64,000 nt of DNA from Phyllosticta citribraziliensis. Its lineage: Eukaryota. The notes beneath the pieces are model-generated. The model was not told where the DNA came from. It searched no databases and was given only the letters and a program-made list of their open reading frames with translations. A program made the translations under genes and the position numbers. How positions within the stretch are numbered: the first letter of the stretch is position 1; every line of letters starts with the position of its first letter. Location: the NCBI RefSeq assembly GCF_038025025.1, contig NW_027117349.1:620001-684000 (forward strand), read 5' to 3'. Positions 35,616 through 46,812 of the stretch are shown piece after piece.

Positions 35616-36896
35616 ATGCGCTTAGAGCAGAGCAAAATCCAAAAAATCAAGACGGCTGCCCATGCCGCGCAGGGCTTTCTCATCTTCGTGGCCGGATGTC
35701 TGACCCTCGCCATCATGACGAGTGCAAAGACCGATGGCCGCACTGATTACTTCTTCGCATTGGTGAGCTTCTACTCCTGCTCCGCCATTGGTCCTTTCTA
35801 ACCTTGTCCCAGTGCTTCCTCACCATGCCTGCCTTCATCTATCTCATCGGTGTTCCCATGTGGAGCAGAACGGTGCGCTTTGCTAGCGCCTACGGCTTTG
35901 CCTTGCTCGACGGACTATACACGGTATTTCCCCTGAACATCTTTCCGTCATGACATTCGAGACTGACGGAAGACAGGTTTTCTGGTTCGCTGCATTCATT
36001 TGCGTAGCGACATGGAATAGCGAGGGCATGAAAAAGGGCGCTGAAGAAGTCAACGCCTCCTCTGGAAACTGCTCGACCTTTGCCTACGGCAGCGACACCA
36101 AGTGCAAACTCAGCAAAGCAACCGTCGGCTTTGGTGTCATCATTTTGTACGTTTTCCCGTTCCCCAACCGTGCTCCGTGGGCACGCCCCATCCTCCGCAA
36201 ACAAACACAAAAACAAGCTAACACGCATCCAGCCTCCTCTTCCTCCTCACCACCGTCATCTCTTTCTACTACATTTCCGTCTACCGTCGTACTGGCGTGC
36301 TGCCAGGCACTTCCGAGTCACCTGACCACATTCCCGCTACGGACAACGCGACCTACTTTGGAGGACCCACTGCCTACGAGCCCACGTCCAAGTTTGACAC
36401 TGAAAACGTATGGAGCGCCGAAACCAACGACATTGAAACGGCGTCATCCCACTACGACCACCACGACCCCAATGACTTTGGTGCGGACGTGCCACCAGTC
36501 CCGGCCATTCCGCACAACCACGCAGGCACAGCCTCTCCCCCTCCGCCTCCCCCAGCCGCCGCATTGGGAGGACCCGTCCCCGGCCGCACCTCGACGCTGC
36601 AAGCCGGCTACTCTTCACTGGTCGACATGGACCGCCTCGCCAACACGCCCAGCCCGGGCCCCGGCCCGCATCCGCAGCACCCGGGGCGCCAGGTGAGCTG
36701 GGGCGCAGGCGACGACTCTGAGACCTTTGGCGCCAACCACCCGGCCTACCGTCCCACGGCCGGCGAGGAATACGAGAGCCAGCGCCTGCACTTGCAAAGC
36801 CCAGAGCCCTTTCACATTGCGCCCAGCGCCCTGAGCCCGGCGACCGAATATGAAGAGTACACGCGGCCGCAGAGACCCTACGAATTCCGCGATTAG
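35616..36896 (+). CDS. Four-TM MARVEL-like membrane protein with proline-rich cytoplasmic tail
   Basis: Four exons (GT-AG introns starting at about 35763, 35924 and 36147). Four hydrophobic segments, FWFAAFICVATWN and a C..C loop (CSTFAYGSDTKCKLSKATVGFG). Confidence 0.75.
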
Positions 36897-39055
36897 AGGG
36901 CTGCAGAGCCGAACCGAACCGAGTAGTGGAGCGCCATGAACATGTTATGTAGAGGTAATTGCTCATTATCACGAAGACCATCTCTTTGCGTCACGTCACG
37001 ACGGCGGCCTGTTGGTGGGCATTTTATTACTGGCGTTTTCTCCCTCCTTTTTGTATTTCTTTCCTTTTTACCTCGCTCTGTACCCTTACCGCTGTACCAT
37101 CATCCATCACATCACTCGCAAGCATGCATGCATAGTTGGTTTGCTTTTAGCGAGCGAGCGAGCAACAGCATTAGCACAGTCATTTGGTCGAGAGACGGTC
37201 AGCCAACAGTGGACGAAAGAGCGCAAAAGCATGTACGACACACACACGGCAACACGTTGGACGAAGAGATGAGATGATGGGTGGACATATTCTGAGTGGA
37301 TTGTGGCTAGGCCGAGGCCGCGAGCGCGAGACGGAGATACCCAGGTGTGCGAGTGGGAGCAGCGGAAGCAGAGAGCGGCGGTCATGTCGTTTAAACAAAG
37401 TAACGCGGAGCTAAGGAGAGTTGAGAGGGGAGCATTTGTACAGTATATCGTAATGAGATGAGGATACACATTTTTGCATTCATCTTCTGCCTGCTTCTTG
37501 CCTTGCGACGATTCGTCTGTAACTTTGGGAATCATGGCGCAGCAGTACTGCTTCTGGCGGTACGGCAGCCTGCAGGTACGTCAATGGGCTGGTGTTGTTC
37601 TTGCTGCGGGCCACTGCAGACTGCCGCCTGTCTGAAGCGACACTTTCCAAAATGCGTCGAGACCGTCGTCTTCGCTCAATCACTCCTCCCGCCTCTCTTT
37701 GCCCATCGACCGCTAGCCAACCCTGCTGCCCGTTACAAAGCCTCCTTGTGAGTGTCCACTGCTCCCCAACATTCCAAGTCCCGCACATGATGATTAGCCT
37801 TCTTACCTTCTCCTTCTTTCGAGCGGCCAGCCCGTAGGTGGCTGCCGTGCGAACGCAACATGATGTTCTGAAAAGCGACGACACTTGCTCATCCCATCCC
37901 AATCAATTACCACCCCTAACGACGGCACTGACGGCCCTACCTACGTAGACATTCGGCAGTGAGACCACAACTCCCAGCCCCAACGCGCAAAGTGCATGCA
38001 CCAAGACGCCGCAAGACGTACCGCCTGCACTTGGCAGCAAAAGCGCAACCGCAGCAACAGCAGCAGCCAAGCAACGCAGCGCAACAAGCAGACATCCTCA
38101 TCCTCATCCTCATCTCCAAGAGCCCGCGCAAGGCGAACCACTCGACGAAAAAGAGCTTGTTCAAGACCGTCGTTCGCGTCGCTCCCCGACAGTGCTACAG
38201 GGAGGACACCGTGGCAGGCCAGCGCATGGGCAAGCCCAGAGGCGCCCGGCCACCGTGGGCAAAAAAGAGGTTAACCAAGAAAAGAGCCCGTGGGCTCGGT
38301 TCAGTGGTCAAACTGAACAGAACAGATCTTGTGGCAGGTTAGCGGCTTGTAGGAAGGTAGTGTGGAAGGGGTGCACGTACACTACACTTGATCTAAGCCA
38401 AAAGGCAAGAGAGCGTGAAGAGGAAAAGGTTTGGTTGTGGGCGAGGGAGAGGAGGCTTAAATACTGGCTGGCGGTTGGCGGTCTGTGCCCGCAGGCGCTT
38501 CGGTTCGCGGTGGCGATGGCGCTAAACAAGTCGGGAGATTTCTTTGCGCCTGCGCCTGCGCATGCGGCTGCGGTTGCTGGTTGGCTGGAGGTGCCTAGCT
38601 GTCTGAGGGGAAAGACGACGTGGGTGGTGGACTCAGGCTGAGGAGCATTCGTTCATCCTCTCCTACCGCGGTTCGGCCATCATCCGCTCACTGTCAGACA
38701 AGATTGTTTGTAATTCACGATTCAGGTCGAACACAGCACTATTTCCTAGGGGGAATGTTGGTGGACATCTTGAGAGACAGGCTAGCTGGCAGTCGGTGAT
38801 TGATGAAAGAAGCAAATGCTTCAAATCTCGTCTCCTTTCCGCAATACTGCCACCGTTGATTGGGAACAGGAGTGCTTTGTAAGACGACGGTTTGGACATG
38901 CGGTTGTTGCTCCTATGAGGACTTGATCTCCGCAGTGATGCTGGCGACGTCGCTTTCGGGGCCTGAGAGCGCAGAATAATCGCAGAAAGCAAGTCTTGTG
39001 ATGCCAGAGATGACTGCAAAAGCGCATACGACCCAGAATCAGCGGCGGAAATGGA

Positions 39056-39062
39056 TATAAAA
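39056..39062 (+). promoter_or_regulatory. Candidate TATA box (TATAAAA) upstream of the orphan spliced ORF
   Basis: Consensus match about 100 nt upstream of 39160. Confidence 0.3.
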
Positions 39063-39159
39063 TCCCACTCACCTGCCCAACTCGCTCTCCTGTACGCCCC
39101 CGACATTGGATAGTCAAGCCCTCACTCTACACCACAAGGCATAACCACTCCTCATCACT

Positions 39160-39570
39160 ATAGCTTCCGACTCTGACGCTCCAGGTACGCAGATCTTCAA
39201 GGTACTTTACTTACTCTAACTCACCCACACTACTCTCAAAAAGATCTGATACACAGAGCTGACGGTGGACATCAGATCGAACACGTCGACAAGGACGAGT
39301 TCCATCCGAACGCCAATTTCCGCCGCATCTTCGACCGCTTGAACGCCGCGTTGGATGCTGTCCAGGAAGCGGGAGGTCAGCCTGCCGGCAAGTACGGAGA
39401 AGGGGACTTGAAAGCCACGATCTTGTAAGTGAGGGGAGGCATTTCGTATGATTGCTGCGCTTTGCTGATTGCCTACCGCACCTAGCGTTGCGATGCCTCC
39501 TGGCACGACCAACCCCATCGACCCGGAGAAAGAGGAGTGGGTGGACTTTATTGTGACGAGGATCGAGTGA
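39160..39570 (+). pseudogene. Small three-exon orphan ORF (~96 aa) beginning ATA instead of ATG (start-lost gene or non-canonical start)
   Basis: Exons 39160-39184, 39244-39424 and 39486-39570, joined by introns GTACGC..CTAAC..AAG and GTAAGT..GCTGAT..TAG, both frame-preserving. Product: (I/M)ASDSDAPDLIHRADGGHQIEHVDKDEFHPNANFRRIFDRLNAALDAVQEAGGQPAGKYGEGDLKATIFVAMPPGTTNPIDPEKEEWVDFIVTRIE. Confidence 0.5.
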
Positions 39571-40153
39571 TGTTATTTTGACAGGATTTCGGGGCAGTAG
39601 ACTTGGGGTGGTAGACCTGGAGTAGTAGACCTGAGGGTGAAGAAGGCTTAGAAGCGTGGTGGTGTGCTGACCGGGAGAGGATACGCCCGAAGACGATGCC
39701 ACACACCAGACTTGACTACTCGTCTTTGGCACCATGCTTGCCTGCGGGAGGTCACATACCCAGACAACTGAATTGATGAATGTTTCCAGATCATGCATTT
39801 CCAGTACCGTGACGGTCTTGTACCAGGGTCGTGGGCTGCGGTAGTGAACGAGAGCTCGCTAGTTCCATCTGCAGCAGTGTACGGATGCTCCCTGGGTGTA
39901 GCCACAGTGCCGGAAACCTGATTCTTGCAAGATCCCGTCGACATACCAATCCATCAGAAGAAGGCAAATCCCCCGAAAGCCATGAAAATCAAAGCAGCAA
40001 AAGCCCTCCCATCACTCGGACACACGGGGAGCATCCCTCAGCGATCCAGTACCCTAATCGAGTGGAGAATTGGAAAACTCTAGTTCCCATCGCAAGGCCA
40101 TCTGTCTCTTGAGGTGAGCTCAGAATCGTCAAGGTTTTGATCAAGACTTACGG

Positions 40154-40684
40154 TTATTTCTTCTCACCGAGGATCGTCTCCAGACCGCCGAAGAAAGAAG
40201 GATCCGGGACATTCATACCGATAAACCCCATGGAGTTGGGTTTGAGGTTCGGGGGCGGGTTGCACATGGTCTCATCGAGACCCTTTCCGGCGACCTCGCG
40301 AGGCTTGCCGTTCTGGTAGTCTTCGAGGCCCTTGAGAATGTCGCGCTTGGCCTGGTCGTACATGCCCAGGAGGTGGGTGCGGAGGGCGATGCTCATGTAG
40401 GCCTTGTGCTCTTCACCCAGGTTGGCACCCAGCTCCATGGCGGCAGCCCCGAGGAGGACGATGGCTGTTTTGATGCCTTCAAAGTGGACAGTCTTGGTCT
40501 TGGTGCGCTCGGCTTCGCGCAGCTTCTCGAATTCGGCTTGAAGGCGGCCATCGTTGAGCTGGGCACGGACTTCGTCTGGCTTTTCGGGGTAGTAGAGATT
40601 GTCGACCTTGAGCGCGGCGGCGAGGTTATCCAGGAAATCGAGATCGCGGTCGGACTGGAAGACGCCAGTGCCCCAGAAACCCAT
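40154..40684 (-). CDS. Small helical orphan protein, MGFWG..FQSDRDLD family (DUF4259-like N-terminus), copy A
   Basis: Intact 176-aa ORF with strong codon bias; clear paralog at 41476-42037. Confidence 0.85.
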   Translation of the reverse strand: MGFWGTGVFQSDRDLDFLDNLAAALKVDNLYYPEKPDEVRAQLNDGRLQAEFEKLREAERTKTKTVHFEGIKTAIVLLGAAAMELGANLGEEHKAYMSIALRTHLLGMYDQAKRDILKGLEDYQNGKPREVAGKGLDETMCNPPPNLKPNSMGFIGMNVPDPSFFGGLETILGEKK

Positions 40685-41475
40685 CCTGAGCGCAATCCAA
40701 GTCAGCTGACGTTCAAGACATTCAAGGAGGTGGAAGAGGGATCATGAGCTCACTTGATTGAGTCGAGTTCGCGAAAGTCAAGAGGTTGGAGTAGAGAAGT
40801 GTCAAAGTGAGGGGTCGTGGAGAGAACAAGAGATGGGGGAGGGGAGGACAGCGAAAGGTGGGCGACGTGTTTTAAGGACGCGACAAACAGGATACAGTAC
40901 GGTGTGCACCAGCTGCGTGCAGAATCGACCACATGTGGCAAGCACATTGGCTGGCCTGGCTGATGCAGGCAGCCGGCCTGAGGCAAAGAGGTCCGCCCAT
41001 TTCAGCAAACTGCCAGACTGAACATTGCAATCGTGTTCAGGTTCGCAGTGCCCACAGGGAGCACTCGATCGACCAAGTCCAGCTCGCCATCCATACAGCG
41101 GGTTGCAAAAGGAATGATGACCCCCGGCACTGTGAATGCACCCGGACACAGGGAGCGATCGTTCATCGCACCATTGCGGTTGTACCTTAGGGAAGACCCA
41201 TTTCCTAGGACAGTGTTGGTGGGTGGTGTAATGGCTGCCTGCTGGAAGCTGTGTGCCTGTACCTGTACCTGCCGCGATTGTGCTGTTGCGTGGACCCTAT
41301 GCCTTCACCTGTACCTCCACTCTACGTCTCTCCTACCACCAGCCTCCTGCACTCTCTACAGCAACAACTCCAAAAGACTTACCAATTGCTCAGACCCAAG
41401 AACCCAGCACCATCTCACTGTTCAAGTGAATTGATCAATCTCTCGTCTTTCCAGAGCTGGCTAACTCTTTTCAGA

Positions 41476-42037
41476 ATGGGCTTTTGGGGCGACAGCGTAT
41501 TTCAGTCCGACCGCGACCTTGACCTTCTGTCCTTCCTCGAAAGAGATTTGCAAACCTGGCTCTACTTCCCCAACGAAGACATTGGACGTCCTGCGACTCC
41601 CGAGGTCAGCCGCCACAACTCACAAGCTTGATGATGGAAGGCTGGACGCCAGGCTCAAGAAGTTCCGCGACGACGAGAAGGCCGGCAAGAGTGCTGGTGA
41701 CTACGACTTTGGCATTGGTGGCGGCTTTCACGTCGCCATCGTCATCCTAGGAGCAGCGGCCATGGGCGTCGGTGCCAAGATTCGCGACGATGACCGCGCG
41801 TACATGATGCAAGCCCTCAAGACCCGTTGCTTTGGCATGTACGACAAGGAAAAGAAGGACATCTACCAAGCTCTTGAAAAGTACGAGAACAACGGCAAGT
41901 CCGTCAAGATCTCTGCTCCGGGTCTGATCGAGACGTGCGAGACACTTCCTCGCCACCCTCATCGCATCCCCGGCATGATCAATCTCCCCGACCCTGGCAT
42001 GTTCGCTGGCCATGAGACGGTTCCCTTGACCATGTGA
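41476..42037 (+). CDS. Paralog of 40154-40684 (copy B) with a +1 frame break near 41605-41626 (pseudogene, sequence error or micro-intron)
   Basis: MGFWGDSVFQSDRDLD in one frame; LDDGRL...AIVILGAAAM...GMYDKEKKDI...PDPGMFAGHET in the next frame. Confidence 0.7.
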
Positions 42038-42415
42038 AGGTGAGCTTGATACTTGATGTGTGGGCCTCAGAATAAAAAAGGAACCATGCTTCCTGAGGGT
42101 GGTCTGGAAATGGGGCGGCTCTTGCTACAGCTTGCTGGGCTTCAATTGTGTTTGCTTTCCGGGGCGAATCTCGTGTGCGAAGGCTACGACAGGTGGGTCG
42201 AGGGATCTTGCTACAGACCAGAAAGCTGAATGATGAATATCCTGCTGTCAATGGTCCGGTTTCGATGATTGTTTCCCCGTGAGGCCGAGAGGTGAAGTCG
42301 TCTGAGAGGTCCGTGCTATCGCTAGCGGCTATGCCCTTGCTTAACCCCAAACCAAACGTCATCCGCTCAAGCTCCCGAGACCGACCAATCCTCGTCAACC
42401 GAACCGAACGCGACA

Positions 42416-45149
42416 ATGAGGTCTGCCGGAGATGCCAGGTGAACCCAAAACTTTGAGCTTGTTTGAGCCTTATCAGAAGACTGACTTTGTCTAGAGCGTC
42501 TTGGGACCTGCTCGACAAGGCTTCAAGCCTGGACGAGCTCCGCAATCGCTTGCTCGCGCTCGACGGTGATGATGCAACCCTCGTCAACTCACAGCGGTCG
42601 GGCTGCTGGAAGGTACGACGTCGCAACCACTCGCGAACCCAAGACACGACCGAGAAACCCAGCCGCTAGCCTCAGCCGCGATTGCACCCTACCTACGGAA
42701 AAGTCGCTAAGCTTTTGATCGCAGGCATTTCTGCTCTTCGAGAATACCAACCGAGCCGAATGGCCGACTATCCTTTCCGACTCGCGCACAATATACAACT
42801 CCCTTCGCTCTCACTTCCTCCGCGCCATCGAAAACCCTGACGAGGTCGAGTCGGCGCTGGACCCTCTGAGCGAGAATGAAGAGGTACGTTGTACGCCAAC
42901 GTCTGCGCCGCAATGCGCCTGTCCTGCAGAACCCGACATCACAATCAGAATCTGACTTCTGACTAAGCCTTAAAGTCTCCCTGGGTTGCCTTGCGCAAGG
43001 ACGAGGCTCTGCGCGCAGAGATATTCCAAGATGTCGAGCGCTGCATGCCCGACAATACCTATTTCCGCCAGCCGGAGACGCAGAAGATGATGCTGGATAT
43101 ACTCTTCATCTTCTGCAAGTTGAATCCAGAGGTCGGATACAGGCAAGGAATGCACGAGGTGCTGGCGCCCATACTGTGGGTTGTGGAGAGAGACGCCATC
43201 GACCCCCGCCAAAAGGGAGCAGTATGGAAGGGCCAGGGCAAGGACCTCATGCTCGAACTCTACAACATGAGATACATTGAGCATGACACGTTCACGCTCT
43301 TTGGGCTGGTCATGCAAAACGCCAAAGTCTTTTACGAGCCGTCCAAGACTGACCAGTCGAGCGATTCGCCAATGCTTCAAAAGTGCCGGCACATTTTCGA
43401 AAAGCTACTGCCCAAAGCCGACCCAGAGCTTGCGGCACACCTGGAGCAGCTTCAAATTGCTCCGCAAATGTTTCTCATGTGAGATTCCAGCGCATGGTTT
43501 GGAGCTTCACTGACAATTGCAGGCGATGGATGCGACTCCTGTATGGTCGCGAGTTTGCATTCGATGACGTTCTGCCCATGTGGGACCTCATCTTTGCCAT
43601 TGACCCCTCTTTGGAGATAATGAACTACGTATGCATTGCGATGCTGCTGCGTATTCGCTGGACGTGTATGTGAGATTCCACTCCTTGATGCACTACCCGA
43701 ACCACCGCCTACTAGTGCGCTGCGTCTGGGAGTAGGCGTTCTTCGTCACCATTGGGGCAACGGTTGCACCCAAGGAGCATTCATAACTTGACACTAACAA
43801 TCCCAGTGCTCGAGTCGGATGACAACATGTGCATTGCAACCCTACTCAGATACCCTTCGCCTGACCCAGAGCAACCTAGAACATTCGTGCAGGACGCGAC
43901 TGAGCTTAAACATAAGCTCAATGCTCATACTGCCAGCGGTATCATATTCAAGTACAGTGGACGCTTGCCGACGACCCAAGATCGCCCGGATACGCCGCAA
44001 CATGATCGTTTGTCAACCCCCGATCGAGCAAAATCCCCCCTTCGACAAATGTTTCGACCCATGTCCCCATCTGGGGGCATCGAAGCTATTCTCCAAGGCG
44101 CTGCCCGGGATCTACACAAGACGGGAGAACGATGGGGATTCAACAAGGCAGTACGTGACGCTGTTGGAGATTTTCGCAGAAACTTTCAAGACTTCCAACC
44201 CGGACGCAATCCGACCAACTTCAAGAGTTTCATTCGGGGAGAGTTCAATATGCCAGCCGAATCGGATCTGCTGATTCAGAAGATCGAGACATTAGAGCGT
44301 CGGAACAAGGAGCTGTCGTCACTGCTCGCAGCCGGAGTCACGGATTTGTGGAGCTGTCAAAAGGAAGCCATGGAGGGAAAGGGCTCCGAGAAGCAGGCAG
44401 TCGAGGCTCTCGGGGTGGCGATTGCAAAGGTGCAGGTCCTGCAAGTCTACTTGGAGGACTCGAGCATACCCTTGCCTGACGAACCAACGATTGAGGAAAG
44501 GTTGACTTCTACGCAAACTCCCATCGCGCCCAAGGCGCCAGCAGGAGAGGGCAACAAAGCCCCAGATCCACCTGCCGACGCATCAAAGCTCGGGCTCATC
44601 AGCCGGGCTGCTCTACTGTCGGGAGAGAAGGCTTCCGTCTCGTCCCCCACCACGCGCAGCGCGACTCCAACTTTGGCCCTTCGCTCTTCGGCTGCGAGTG
44701 CCAGCGCCGAGAATTTGTCGTCTTCGGCGCCGACTCAATCCTCACCACTAAGGCCACTAGAGGCTCCCCGTCCGCGTCCGCGTCCCAGCATAGCATCCTC
44801 GTCCTTTTCCTGGATGCTCGGTGGAGAACCACCGACACAAACGCCGGCCTCCAGTTTTGCCGCCGCATCCTCCTGCTCTTCCTTTCAGCCCGTCGAAAAG
44901 CGCGAGCGGAGACGCAACAAGCCACCGTCCAAGCCATCGTCCATTTCGTCCAAGAAGGAAATCGGAGTCAAGGGTGCTGGCCACGAGGATCGCAACTCTT
45001 TCTTGTTCGGCGACGATGAGGAAGAGTTTATGGGACCGCTGGGCAATCCGGGACACGGGAAGGGAAAATCAAAGGGAAGCAATAATGACGTCTATAACCT
45101 GGACGAGGTGCCGGGGAGTGTGGGGAGCGGCATTGGGAATGTCGAGTAA
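42416..45149 (+). CDS. TBC-domain Rab GTPase-activating protein (TBC1D5/Gyp6-like)
   Basis: Multi-exon: MRSAGDAR|ASWDLL...RSGCWK|AFLLF...DPLSENEE|SPW..LRAEIFQDVERC (arginine finger), YRQGMHEVLAP (glutamine finger), RWMRLLYGREF..WDLIFA. Long C-terminal exon ends at 45149. Confidence 0.88.
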
Positions 45150-45548
45150 GTGCTGGGGCGGCTGCACCCTCTCATTCGCTACCGCGGATGAAGCTATGGA
45201 GTTGGCATTCACCGCGGATGGATTCAGGGACCTGGGACCGTCATATATTTTGACAACCTGTGAGATGGACGCTACCAGCCAGCATTGATACGGCGCTAAT
45301 GACGCATCGGCATGACAGCGATTGATTTTCTCTCTTTGCATTTCTTGTCGTCTTCTCTCTTGTCAGTATTCTCTGCATCGACCTTTTTTCTTGGACGTTG
45401 TGTCTTTTGGTTGTTTGTACATACACTTCTCTCTTCCTCTCATGTGTTCACCTGGTTGGACAGTCTGATGAGGTCTCCTAAATCCTCTCATTTCTTCTTT
45501 TCCTCATAGTCTGTCCTTTGATCCTCGTCATTTCATACATCCCCGCCA

Positions 45549-46082
45549 TCACCTCCACCAGCCCCTTCCCCTCCTGCCCCCTTTCCACCACGCCCTCGCC
45601 TCGCCCTTCTTCCCCACCGCCTCGACAACTTCTTGCGCCGCCGAGCTGCTCCGCACAACCTCCCATCCATCCCCACTCTCAACTCCATTCGTATCCGTCA
45701 CCGTCACCGTCTCGCCCTCGCTCATCCTCGCTGTGGCGTCGTCTTGCCTCCTCCCAAGCCTCCCTCCTCCCCTCATCCCCACTCCTGACACCCCACTATC
45801 TGTTCCAACCTCAACGCCCTCGCCCTCGCCCTCCTCAACAATCTTCTCCAGCCCATCTCCTTTCCTCTTCCTCAACCGCTTCGACCCCGTCCGCCGTTGC
45901 TGTCCCGGTAGCAAGCCGCGTGTGCGCAGCCGCGGCGCCCCGCGCGCCCAGAACACGATGAAGACGACGAAACCGACGAGGATGGCGAAGAGGCCGATGG
46001 ATGCGCCGACGGCGGCGGGGACGAGGTCGTGGCGGAGTTGCGAGGCGCTGGGCGTGTTGAGGTGGAGGGGGAGGGGTGGCAT
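45549..46082 (-). CDS. Putative small single-pass membrane protein
   Basis: MPPLPLHL...AAVGASIGLFAILVGFVVFIVFW followed by a basic stretch (ARGAPRLRTR..KRLRKRK). Low complexity, no recognisable family. Confidence 0.45.
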   Translation of the reverse strand: MPPLPLHLNTPSASQLRHDLVPAAVGASIGLFAILVGFVVFIVFWARGAPRLRTRGLLPGQQRRTGSKRLRKRKGDGLEKIVEEGEGEGVEVGTDSGVSGVGMRGGGRLGRRQDDATARMSEGETVTVTDTNGVESGDGWEVVRSSSAAQEVVEAVGKKGEARAWWKGGRRGRGWWR

Positions 46083-46792
46083 TGGATGGGTGTGTGTGTG
46101 CGTGGTGCGGTGTGCCACGGAGTTTTGGGTGCCTAGGTAGCTTAGGTTTGTGGAGGGAGGATGCGATGCGGGTGCGGTGCGAGGCGTGGCGTTGGCGTGG
46201 CCAGAGGTGGTTTTGGGAGGATGTATGCGCGCGAGTGAGGAGAGACCTGGAGAGGGGGCGATATGGTGATTAGGAAACTGGGAGAGAAAGAAGAGACCAC
46301 GGAAGAAGCGGTCGATTCTTGTCCGTCTGCCTTGGATCTTGTTCTTCTGCCCTTTGAACCTCTTCAGGTGTCCCGGGCTGCTGGTCTTCGCGGCGAACAA
46401 AGAGCCGCCCTTTTGTTCCTCCTCTTCGTCCCAATTCAGAGCGCGCGCTGACAGGACGTCGACGGTGATTGCGCGATGTGGGTCACCGACTGTGACTGCT
46501 GGATTGCACGCAGGTCTCAAATCCCTTTCCTATCCTTCTGCTTTTACTCGCTCACCAGGGGGAGGTTGATGGCCGTTTTGCTCGAATTGGGGCGACGTTC
46601 TTTGTCTTTATTTTTCTTTTGTTCGTGTCCGCGGAGAGGAGGCTGGGCGATTGACAATAGGTAGGACAGAAGGCTGCATGTAGGTAGGTAGGTAAGTGGG
46701 TTGGTGGACTTCTGTCTCTTGAACCGGAAACGGGTAATAGGAGTATTGATGATGAATCTATAGGTACGATACGTCGGAAGGAGCGGCGCGCC

Positions 46793-46812
46793 AAAAAAAA
46801 AAAAAAAAAAAA
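46793..46812. repeat. Poly-A tract (20 nt)
   Basis: Seen directly. Confidence 0.9.

Noticed and set aside
37000..39100. Scattered 70-150 aa ORFs in a long intergenic region
   Set aside because: No codon bias, splice model or motifs.
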